Shown one piece after another: positions 48,161-60,500 of a stretch of 64,000 nucleotides of DNA. The DNA lies in the NCBI RefSeq assembly GCF_001194135.2, contig NC_069001.1, positions 3,369,966-3,433,965 of the forward strand. The letters are read 5' to 3'. This DNA comes from Octopus bimaculoides (lineage: Eukaryota). The notes under the pieces are model-generated. The model searched no databases. It was not told where the DNA came from and was given only the letters and a program-made list of their open reading frames with translations. The translations under genes were made by a program, and so were the position numbers. Each line of letters opens with the position of its first letter. Position 1 is the stretch's first letter.

Positions 48161-51100
48161 ATATAATAGTAATCACACCAAACCAAAAATTATTAGCAGC
48201 ACCAGTATTCATGGGTGGTAATATAACCCTTTATGAGAGGTTTTAACATGTATAATAACAGTTCACACTGGACTAATTCATTGAATGTCAGTACCAGTAA
48301 AAACAAATTTGGTATAATAGAAAGAGTTTTTTTTTCTTTTGTTTTGTATTTTGTTGTGAAAAAGTGAAAAATACGTTAATCTTGTTCCATTTAAGTTTCC
48401 ATATTTTCCTATTTCCAAAATCAAAATGTAGAACACCTTAGGAATACTGTAAATATTTCTGTACATCAAAAGAAATTATTATTAGCACTGTGATGTTCTT
48501 AAAGATTGAGGTCTTTGTATACATTTATGCCAGATTCATGACAATAACACCCATTAGCTCCCTTCAGGCCTTAATTTAGCTGCAGTTAAGAACCCAAAGG
48601 GTAAAAACCAATTTGTTTATTTTATTTTCCTGTTGGAGTATGAAGAGGACGTTGTCGTTTAAATTTTTATCCAACATCAACAACAACAATTATGATGATA
48701 ATAATAATAATAATGATAACAGTATGATCATTTAATGTTGGGAGCAGTCTTAAGTATTAGCTGCCAATCTTAGATTGAGTCAATCACTTTTAACAACATT
48801 GCTGAAGAAATTAATCTACTCGAACCTTAAACTAACTACTTAAGCACTTTTGAACAAGTGAAAGGAAGCAGTGGGTTAGAAGTTGTGTTAGAAATATCTC
48901 TCGTGGCACCCTAACTTTAGAGTTACTTAAATGGCATTCACAAGTTCTGACATGATTATCTTAAAACTAAAATCATTTAATTTTGAAGATAACTCCATTA
49001 GTAACTACTTCAATCTGATTGACTATTCTCATATAAACAACATGGACACAGCATTACACACATTTATGGCAAATACTATTTATCAAGTTTCCTCACAGGT
49101 GTGTCTATATACACTGAACCAATCCCAGAGGAAATGTGTATCAGATTTCACTGCATGGGTAACACTTAGTGGCTATATAACATAAAACTGAGACTGTGCC
49201 ATGCAGCAGTATTATGTTATCAAGCAGCTGCAATGTGTGGTGTTACAGCATATGATTATATTATATGTTATAGCAGATAATGATTCTATCACAGGTAGAG
49301 CCCTTATTGTCTGACATATAGAACTTATAGCACTTCAACATCATCAAATAAATATAAAATACAATCAGAAAATCTATTGCAGAATTTAATTAAGTGAGAA
49401 GAACAAGGAAAGTGTAAATAAATATTACTAAATTCTACAATATAAAAAAAAATTATTTACTATAATCTATTCACCTTTTACATACACTCAACAAAATTCA
49501 GTTCACTCAATCCCAAACTAAAGAAATGGAGAAATTCTGCAAGAGTGAGACATTCTTATATTGCCAACTTCACAAAAATTAGGGTGCCATGAACAACCAG
49601 ATATGATATTGATTTAATGATAATAATTGTCACTTTCTTGTTTCATCTTGTGGTAAAATGGAATTATTTGGTATTTCAATGGGACAGATTTTTAAAGTAC
49701 AATGTAGCTAGATCGAAAGACTGAACTGTAAATGGAAGCAGAAATGCAATTCCACTACTGACACAGAGACCCAAATGCAAACATTGCTTTATGATAGATG
49801 AAAGGCATACACATATGTTTTTAATAGTATTCACTGAGATAAATTCAGAGAAGCAAATATAACACACACACACACACACACAAAGCACTTAGTTGACAAT
49901 GTATGCAAGGCTAAGTAGAGAAAGATGGATGAAAAATAAAAATTAAATCAATTGTTAAAATTCTATTAGAAAAGGTGAATGTACACTCTAGTTCAATACC
50001 CCTTCACTTTCCAATGGTTTGTAGATTTGGTTACCAGAAAAATAAAAATTAATTCATTTGCTGAAGAAGGCAGACAGCAGGCAGAAAGTATAACTGCAGC
50101 AAGCATTGCCTTTAATTTCCAATCAAATGTCTGTATTTCTGTTATCCTGAAGCTATATAAAAGGAAGTTTAGGGGGAATATACATAAATAATTGACACAG
50201 TAAACACAAATAGAATGAAAAATAAAGTTAAATTGTTTTTGTAAGAGATGGAACAACAATAGACAATTTCAAGGTTATTCTTTTTCCTTTACAAAATATT
50301 CTCAAGACAGAATTCACCTAGCAACAGGAAATGACACTGGTAATATAAACTACATCAAATGATATTATTTGCTTTAAGTTTCAATAAATGCTTTTAACTA
50401 GACACACAGCCAATTTTCACTGGGAGTGGTCATGGGAGAGGATAGAGTTGATATAGTCATCATCATTTATGTATTACTAGTAGTCATTTTATCAAATTCA
50501 GAAAGATGAAAGGTAAAAGAAGAAAAATTAATCCTCACAGAGATTTGAGCTCAGAATGTGCAAGAGAGAGTTAATTAAAAAAAAATCAATCTAATGCTTT
50601 TACTATTTCTACCAACTCTAATCATTCTGCCAGGTTTCAATAGATAATAATTTGGTTTAAAATACCAAATACTACCAATTGATGGAATAAATTCATACAA
50701 ATTGAAATTAATATGGTTAGAGCTTTAGAGATTTTCTTGAGGCACAACTGGTTGGAATGATATTGTCAACCTATTGACTACTATATTCTGGTATGCTCAG
50801 TTCATTTAAATCTAAACAGACACTATAAAGAGTTAAAGTTTACCACAGTAAACAGTGAGAGTAATGGTTAATTAATGTAAGCATCTCATTAGCTTCTTGT
50901 TCCAAGTTCAAATCTATGGATTTATCTTGGAGAAGTGGATAGATTCTTTGTGCTGGTCTGACCTTGCCCTAGATTTATTACATGAAAACTTAAGCATTCA
51001 CTAGTGCTTTAACAATCATTCTTCTATAATTTCATTCACATCCAGCTGTATTTGACTGATATTTTATTTTATCAACTCAAAAAGAATGAAAAGCAAAGTT

Positions 51101-53514
51101 CGATCTTGGCAGGATTTGAACTCAAAACATAAATAGACATAATTAAATACTACAAAGCTTTTTGTCTGATAATCTAAGCATTTTTGCCTATGGAACTAAC
51201 AGTATTGAAAAAGAAAAGGAGAAAATAATGGGTCTTTTGCAAACAGTCTTAATGTTTGTGGATAAAAGAAAGAGTGGGAGGGGGAGTACATGTGGAGCAG
51301 GAGTTAAGGAATTATTGTGGTATAAACAACATGTAGTTCAGTATCCCCTTTAGATATAGCAACACAAACTTAGTTACTACTTTTAAGAGATACTTAACTG
51401 GAAAACAAATGAAGGAAATTCTCTGCCACCTTCTGATATAAGTGCTGAAGGGCATGGGTATTTTTTGAAAACCCTTTACCACATAAACAGGATGTTGAAC
51501 AACAGGGAACAGTAATATGAATGACAAAACTCCTTGTGCATATACACATTCATCCATTAAACTTGTGATTTAAGGAATCTGTTACAATACGAATGAACAC
51601 AAAGACTGCACTTTCCATTGATCATACGCTATTTTGAAGTGGATACCACTCTTTTGACACTTTATTCCAATGTGCATATAAGACTTTGTTAAAATGACTG
51701 CATCAATAAAAGTTAATCTTGACAAGTGACATAATTTGAACACTGAAATATGATTACAAGACCAATTACAGAGATACTGCCTCAAGGCGCCAGGTAATGA
51801 AATCTCTTGGAATGCTCATGCTTGCTGTAATATATATATATATATAGTTGTATAAATTACATTTATTACAAGAACTTATCAAACCTTTAAAGAGAATCAA
51901 CACCAGGATTTTCTGTAAATGTACTGAAGTATTCAAATTTCTGAATCAGAAGTCAATTTAGCTATATTTAACAGTTTATCATTGCCACCACTAAAATAAA
52001 TAATATTTTCTGCATGTATGATTTCAGTCATGAGACAAGACAAAAAAGGCCTATACACGTAAATGTCTGTGTTGACAGCCAAAAGAGTGAAAGTCATTAA
52101 CTGAGTAATATGATACCCACTACCTGCACCCTGCCCCAAATTCACCAGTAAAGTTTGCAAGCTGTATTTGAAGCTACTTACTTTAAAGTTGGAGATTTGT
52201 AGCATTTGTCTATGCTCACTTATCAAGTTGAAGAACCATTATTATTATTATTAAAGTTAGTGTTAACATTTAATACAGGGAATATATTTTTAAAAAATGG
52301 TAAAAATTATGTGAGTATAGGAGACAACTGGACTTTTTTTCAGTCTTATTAGACTTTTTCAGCAAAGGACAGACTTCACCATACTTGCTGAAGTAGTGAA
52401 GAAGGGACCACTATATAAATGTACAAGAATGTACACTGCATGGATCAGTTTTCATTGATGACAAAATGATTTTGTTTCAACTTTCAGGTATTCACAAAAG
52501 TATACAGAAATACTGATGACAATAAATGAACTAGAAATACATTTCACTAATTTTGCAGACTTCTCATGATTCTAGAATGTTACATATTCTCTTACAAACT
52601 ACTACTAAAATTTATTATTGTAAAATCTGAGATGAAAATGAGAAATTGGGATATTCATGACTTTTCAAGAGTGTTAATAATGTTAAAATGGGTCTGATAG
52701 GAATTTGAACACAAAGTATATATCCAGCACATTGAAAACATACTTAAGTCTACAATGTTAGCTGCATATTCCTGTCAAAACAAGATTGATAATATATGCA
52801 AACCAAGTTGAAGGTTTCTAATCAGGTTAAGATTTTTCCAGGCCTTGTCGGTTTATATATAAGTTGTTAGAAAGGCTGAAAGAGTTAAGTACCCAAACAA
52901 ATATCTAGCAATGAAATTGTGATAGTTTTACTTTTGTAGTAACACCAGAATTTCATGGTCCTTAAGTTTGTTTTTGCCACCACAACTAAACATCATGTTG
53001 GAACTGCTGTTTGTGTGAGATTATTCTATTCATTTATTTATTTGATATCTATCTGAAGGGTAAATTCATAACAAATTCCTCAACAAACATTATAAAAGAT
53101 AGATATCCTATAGGTAAAATGCTTGCCTTTCTTATAATTGAAATAATAGATAAGTTTTAATATACAAACTTGGTTTGTTTTTTTTATATATATATATAAC
53201 TATTTAGAAATGTATTTCTGGAAAGAAAGATGAAGAAAAAGATCAACAGAAAATGTTTTAACTTATGAGATATTAATAGAGTAAATATCAGTCATTACAG
53301 AAAGAGATGGTAAAAGCTAAAGAGGCAATACCAACAATCTTAGCTGTCCCTGCAATATATCAATTAGAATAACATTAATGAAAATATCTACAGGTATTTA
53401 AGAAAGATAGTTAAAATAAAAAAGAAAAGAGAAAAGACTATCATGATGATTTAGAGGGTATGAATTTCACAGACATAATGGTAATATTTAATATTTCCTA
53501 GAAATGTATTGACA

Positions 53515-53790
53515 CAGGCATGGCCGTGTGGTTAAGAAGCTTGAATCTCAGTCATGAAGTCCCAGCGTTGATCCCACTTTGTGGCATCTTGGGCAAGTGT
53601 TTTTTACCATAGCTTCGGGTCAACCCAAGCATTGTGAATGAAACTGGGTAGACAGAAACTGTGTGGAAGCCCATTGGATGGATTGTACCTGTAATTCAAA
53701 GTACCAGTCTTGTCGCATATTGTGTCATGCTGGTTCATACTGAGAATTACCTTAAGGGTACATGTGTTTATGGAATACTCAGCCACATAC
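53515..53790 (+). mobile_element. tRNA-derived SINE, long variant
   Basis: CAGGCATGGCCGTGTGGTTAAGAAGCTTG...GTTGATCCCAC...GGGCAAGTGT...GGAAGCCC followed by a 3' extension shared with the copy at about 60.6-60.85 kb. Confidence 0.7.
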
Positions 53791-55256
53791 ACACATTAAT
53801 TTAATGAGTAGGTTGTTCAGGTGATTGAATGACTGATTGCTCATTGTCAAAAATGACAGATGATCCATCATTATTTTTCAAACATTTTCATATGAGAAGG
53901 TAGTGGTTTAGAGAGGGAAGGACAGAGAAAAATAAAACAGTATTTGTAAAAATATTCAAAACATGAACAAATTAAAATTGTTATTCAAATATGCATCTGT
54001 AGCTTTATAAATAAAACTATGGCTTCAGTTGTATAAAATAGCATTTTGATGTTACATATTTATTATGATACAGCCATTTTATGAAAACTAGCCACGTTTG
54101 CATGCTATCAAATTATTTCTTACAAAGAGTGTATTTTATTATACTGTCATCATAAATTCATAATATATGTCAACAGTTAAACTAGTTTCCATTGCTTAAA
54201 AAGAAATTTTTTAAAAATGGCAGAACATAGAAACATAGGGGCAGTTTTCTTCCTCAGCAACTTTATCAATTCCTATAACAATCAAATCTGTTATTTTTAC
54301 TTCTCTTTATTGCATTTAATGAGTTTAAGACTAAGCTTCACTGAGCATTCACTCAAAACTGGAAGGAAATTTTACATGTGAAAAATTAAAAACATTGAAA
54401 TAGTGTAAACCTACATGATATCAAATATTGAAGATTTATAGCAAATTTCATTTAAATGTTTGAGATCGAAATAAATGGAGTTCAGAGATGAAAATCATGC
54501 TGAAAGAAAAAAAAGTCAGTATTTTATGTTGTGTGCAGCTTAGGAGCAATATACAAAAGTTGTACACACACATTGTATGTATAATTGAAAATAGTAATAT
54601 AGCTGTTCATTCTTTTTTTTTTTTTTCTGAATCTTTTAGGGACCTATCTATAGGGCTGGTGCTTAGCTCTTGTTTCTGTAGAAGTAAAAATAAGGAGAAG
54701 GGGATAGGAAAAATATCTTTCCTCCTCAATAAAGTGCTGCTCAATTACATATTTTATCTAGGAAAACCTGGCACCTATTCCCCACCATGGCTATTTGAAA
54801 TGAAGCATGTGGAGTTAAGCGCACAGTTTAAAAAACAATTGAATACCTGCTATGAGATATGAATTCATAATTATGAGTTTGGTAGTCCAGTAGTTTATCC
54901 TCTTGACTATTTCACTTTTATTCTGTGTGTGTGTGTGTGTGATCAGTGGCCCTGTGATAGAATCACATTGGTTTTAATATTCACTTTTAATCATTATTTT
55001 CACAATAGTACAGGTCATTAGATATCAAAGTCTTTCAGTGTCCATCTACAACCTGGTCATAGATATTCCATTCCACTGTATCTTTGATATGTAATCATAT
55101 ATACTGTTGTAAAAGTAGTCCTAAAAAGTAAATAGAACAGTGTATGTGTGTATTTAAATATCCAGTGTAATTCTACCAAGTTCCAACTGTCAGTTCTTTC
55201 TCTACACAGGATCTCAGTTCAAATCTCTTGGCAGGCAGGTACAATAAATGTGTGTG

Positions 55257-55302
<46 letters not shown>

Positions 55303-55501
55303 AAGAGAAAGAGAGAGAGAGAGAAAGAGAGAGAGAGCCAAGACTGAAAAAAAAATCAAATAGAAGGAAACATACAAATTTACATAGCTGTGTATGTACA
55401 ACCTTTTGTTTTCTTACACTCAAATATACATATACATATATATGTACAAACGCAAACACACATACACAAACACACACACGTATGTGTGTGTATGTATGTA
55501 C

Positions 55502-55532
<31 letters not shown>

Positions 55533-56391
55533 TATATATATATATATATATAATATATATATATATATAAGTATGTGTGTGTGCAGAAAAGAGACATGGC
55601 AGACATACACAACAGGTATGTGCTTGCAGAAAAAACTAGATTCACAATCCAAATGTGAATTTAGCAAACATGGAAGAGGAGTGGATCATGTTAAGTCAGT
55701 AAGAATACTAATTTCAGAAGACCAATTTCCATAGAGTGACATTACTGCTAAGGATGGTCTGGTCAATAATTTTTTTTGTTCTGTCTTTTTAATTCCATTT
55801 TTAACAGTTGCATTTTTTTGTGTCATCATTTGAAATACCAGAACTGAGGTTTGAGGAAATAAAGACAATTCATCAATGTCAATGTCACGTAGCTGATAAC
55901 TGGTATTAAAGAGCTTCTAGTGGCATAGATGTGTGTTTGTGTGCATGTACATATATTAAAGATATATGTGTATGTATTTGTGTGTACACATATACAGATA
56001 TGTGTATGTGTGGATGCATAAGTCAACAGCACTAAAGAGCAATCGATAGATACATCTGATTAGAAAAAGCCAAGAAACTGGCTGTTTATCACACTTATGA
56101 AGCATAGATATTTTTGATTGATTGATATGTTATGTGTGGGTAAGCTCCATAGAGTGGCACTAAGCTCCCTGCTAGCCGAACCTACAACCCCAATTTCAAT
56201 TTCCAGTTGAGCCATTTCACTTCACTTATACCTTGGACCTGCAATTTTCCGGCCATAGTCAATCGACGGGATCGGGATTAATTAGCCCACCAAGCTGACT
56301 TGCTCTCGACACACTACATGAAGAGAGAATCTTCAGTTGTGTCACCAGCAACTCTTGTTGGGTTGTTGGTGACATATTCATTATATATATA

Positions 56392-56437
<46 letters not shown>

Positions 56438-57396
56438 TATACACACTCCTATGTATCTGTGTGTAGACACCAGCTGAACAGCTGTTGGTGCACCAAATTG
56501 GGGAGAGCAAACACAGACACACATAAAGAATAGACTACAATATAACCACTGTCCTGGATTAGATGCAGTTGGCACCCCTCGCAAGGAAATAGAGGAATGG
56601 TGGTAGAAGTCGACAGAGGAATATGTAAGCCCATGTTTTACATGTTGGTGTTTTACTCATATGTATACACAATGTAACAAATACTCAACACACAAGAATG
56701 GAAAGTGGGATATGGGGAAGGGGGATTAAATTAATTATGTAAATATTGGCACAAGGCCAGAAATCATGGGACCGGGTCATAAAGGATTGAATCAACTCAA
56801 GTACATGACTGGTATTAATTTTATCAATCCTAGAGAGACGAAAGGCAAAGTCAATCCAAGCAAAATTTGAACTTGGAATAGAGATGGATGGAACTAAATA
56901 CTGTAAGGCATTTAGTCTCGAAATCTACCATTTCTGCCAATCCATCACTGTCATGAAGAGGTTTGGGACTAAATTTGAAGGGATTGAGAGAAGAGGGGGA
57001 AAAGAAATGGAAAGACAGAAGTATAACGGTAAAAATGAAATGAACTGGGATGGGGTGGACATGACAAAAATATGATGTAGATTGCTGGTGGAGGGGGGAT
57101 TATTAGAAGAACTGGATATGGAAGAAAAGGGACATAGAATGGGTATGGGTGTGTTGTGTATCCCCGTGCACTCACACAGTAGTATTCTTAGTAGTAATTG
57201 TAATAGTAGTTGCAGTAGTAGTTGTTGTAGTTGCTGCAGTATTATCATCAATGTCATTAGTATTACTCGAAAGTAATAACATCAGCAGAGTAGTAGCAGT
57301 AGGTTGCAGTATGGTGGCGAGTGGACAGGCAGTGGCAGCCTACTGTCTGACACAAGTTTTGTGACAGTAATTACTACTCTAGCTGATCCACTGATG

Positions 57397-57549
57397 TCAG
57401 TTGGAAGTGTCGCCGTCTCCTGGCTCAGCAAACAGACCACGTACGTCCAAAGTGTTGGCTAGATCCAGCATGCTTTTGTAGAGCAAAGGATGTTCCAGAA
57501 TTTCATCTGTTGGTAACGATGGGTGAGAGGTAGGGAAATAGCTGGGACC
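57397..57549 (-). CDS. SCAI: SCAI terminal coding exon (GPSYFPTSHPSLP...GDGDTSN*)
   Basis: tttgcag acceptor, 50 codons plus TGA. Confidence 0.92.
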   Translation of the reverse strand, partial: GPSYFPTSHPSLPTDEILEHPLLYKSMLDLANTLDVRGLFAEPGDGDTSN

Positions 57550-60500
57550 CTGCAAACCAAGAGGAAAATATTGAATTAAGGTTCTATACATTGAATCCAC
57601 AATACAGAAAACAACACAACTATGTCTATATTTAACAGAATTGATAATAACTTTTTTATGTTAGAGTGAAGATGGATGAATAAGCATAAAGTAAACCACA
57701 CATTTCAGTTATTGTTGCTGTTAAGTTGTCCCAGTCTTCTCTGATGGGATAGTGCTACATCCAAGATGTGGTACCCAAGAGAATACTTGAGAACAATGTG
57801 TAAATTTGTATGTTGATATATCTAGGCTGTTTGAGTTGATCAGCAGTATTCCATCCAATTTTGACAACTCAGTCTTTATTGTGGAGGCCATCCTCAGCCT
57901 TGCAACTTGAACATGCAGGTTTCATTTCAAAAGAAGTAGGTTGACTGACAATTTAAAACTCCCTCATTGACCCAAGTAATTCCCATTTTTAAAGACATCA
58001 GTAAGTCTGTTGAGAGTTATTGCCTCCTGTATTGAGCGGACTGAGGAAGTACATTTGAAGCTCCCCCCATTTTGTAACTATTTGGTAATGGTTATAAGTG
58101 ACTTTTGTAATGTTGTGGAGACAATTCTTGACTGACAGAGTTAGTGATATACTTGTACACAAATAACCATCTCTTCCCCAGTTCTATTTATTGATTCTAA
58201 AGAGATTCTGACAGAACTTGTCTATGGCACCTGAAGCTAATACATCTGTTCTTTATCTACAATATTTCCACACTATCAGATGATCTCTACTCAATAAAGA
58301 ATTTGTTCTTTAATCTCAAAAGAAATTAATGGAACACTGAAATATTCTAAAGTGAACATTAAAGTTTTAGAATTGAAAATATCATAGTAAGCATAACATA
58401 TCTACCTTGAAGCCACGGTGTAGAATTAAGACTATGTAACAGAAAACAAAGCGTAGCAGTAGAAGACGAAGAAAGTCATCACCAAAAAACTGCATAAAGG
58501 AATGATCTGAAGACCAAAAATAAAAAATAAAAAATTATATCAACATATGTAATGAGATAATTTTAAAAACACTGAAAATACATGTCTCAATCTGCTGTTT
58601 ATCATAAGGTCTTGCAGTTGGTATTTTTAGATATGAGACATTAATATTCTATTGATAAACTAGAAAATTTCATTGTTAATAGAATTAAGTTTTCAAGCTT
58701 GCTATATCATAGAAAAGAAAATGAAAAGAGTATCAATTATGGTTTAGGTGTAATTTTTACTGTGAAACAATTGCATAAGCTGTCCTGTTTTAAAACCTAA
58801 CACTTCTTAGTTATATACTTCTAATTATGAAAATATCTGAAATATAATTTTATATAAATAGGTTTGTTTGCATAGACTGGATACTAGCTGTATTACATTA
58901 TAGTAACAATTCTCAACTTTTTACCATTGCAACCCATTTTGTCAAATTAATAATCTTCTGTGGCACTTCAAAAACAAAATCCAGTAATAAATATTTCTTG
59001 AGGAAATATTCTTACAGTAAATATATTGTGGCTCCCATTCAGTCTGTGGTTTGATGTATAATAATTTCATGAACATTTTACATTTTATTAAATATTTCAA
59101 ATGTAAAAGATTTTCTCTTGCAACTTTTTCAGAGTGATACTGGAAACCAATTTTGGTTGGGCCTCTCTAAATTAGGAAGTGCAGCAGTTCAGCATGTTTC
59201 ATATTCCTCATTCTCTAGATTGTTGATACTAAATGCCATGTCAGCTTTGCTTGGTTTGCTGATCAAACATTTAGGAACAAGTATAGAGGCACACCATACA
59301 GATGTAAGATATTTAATATGTTGGTTTAGTTCAGACATCATATGATTGATGCTCTAGATTTGATCATCTCATCCTCAAGCACTCTTAAGCTTTAGGATTT
59401 AAACATGTCTCTTTAAAAATAAATAAAGACATTAGGAAGCTTACTAATGAAGTTTTTTTCTGGCTACACTGACCAGATCAAGTGACTTCGGTGAAGCTTC
59501 CTTGTTGGTTTAATTTATTTAGAATCTGCAAACTAGAATGTGAAGAAAGAACCTGTCTTTGGTTGGGGAACAGTCATTGTAAACCAGAAATCTGGCCAAA
59601 TTCAGACTGTAACAACACAAATTTTTAAGTATTTTACTGTACTACCAATATTTACTTTACTGAATGTAGATCAGTGGTCAAAACTATAAACCACACATTG
59701 GCAGACTTTTGGTATAAATGCATGAGATTCTTTACTGTATATATTATATATCTATCTGTATACTACTGTCTTCTACATAAAATGTCTTAAGATGCCTTAG
59801 ATAAAGGATAAAGAATGGAGATATGATTACCTAATTTCCTTGAACGAGTAAATAACTTGGATGCTTCTGACATAAACTTATCTACATGGCTCTGGCACTT
59901 GTCCCAGGTTGTGATAGGAATGTCCCCAATGTTGCATACATAGCAAAATGCCATTAGGGGACAGTGTAAGAAGAGAGTAAACAGGTTGCCTTTCAGATGT
60001 TGATCTGTAAAATAAGAAGCAAAATTAATATACATTGATGAAATTGTAAGGCATTCTGTTCAACTAAAAATTCTGGCAGTCCACCATCCTTGACTGATAA
60101 CCTAATATATTAATTTGGAAATATGGCAAAACATTTTGTCTGATACTCTAGTGAAGCCTTAGAGCTTGCCTAAGCTTTCAGTTTTCTTCCCATAAGAGAA
60201 TGGTGGTTGAAATTAAAAAAATTATTAACAATAGACATTATAAAGTTAAGATGAACATTAAAAAAATATTTTGCTTCTTAAAAGAATTCAGGAGGAAAAT
60301 AATTATTCAAAGGCTAATTGTGAGAAGAAATACATGAACACACATATACTAACCTTGCATTGTTGATGGTAACTGCTCAGGGGACAAAAGGCAGACAAGC
60401 GGTTGACCAAAAAGGTTAGGAAAACACTGAAAGATATATTCAAACAAATCACGTAATTATCTTGTTTCTTTTCAACATCTTTTTAAAATATTTTTCTCTA

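Noticed and set aside
57420-57480. Skp1/BTB-like helix (DLANTLDVRGL)
   Set aside because: Fully explained as the SCAI C-terminus once the upstream exons were found.
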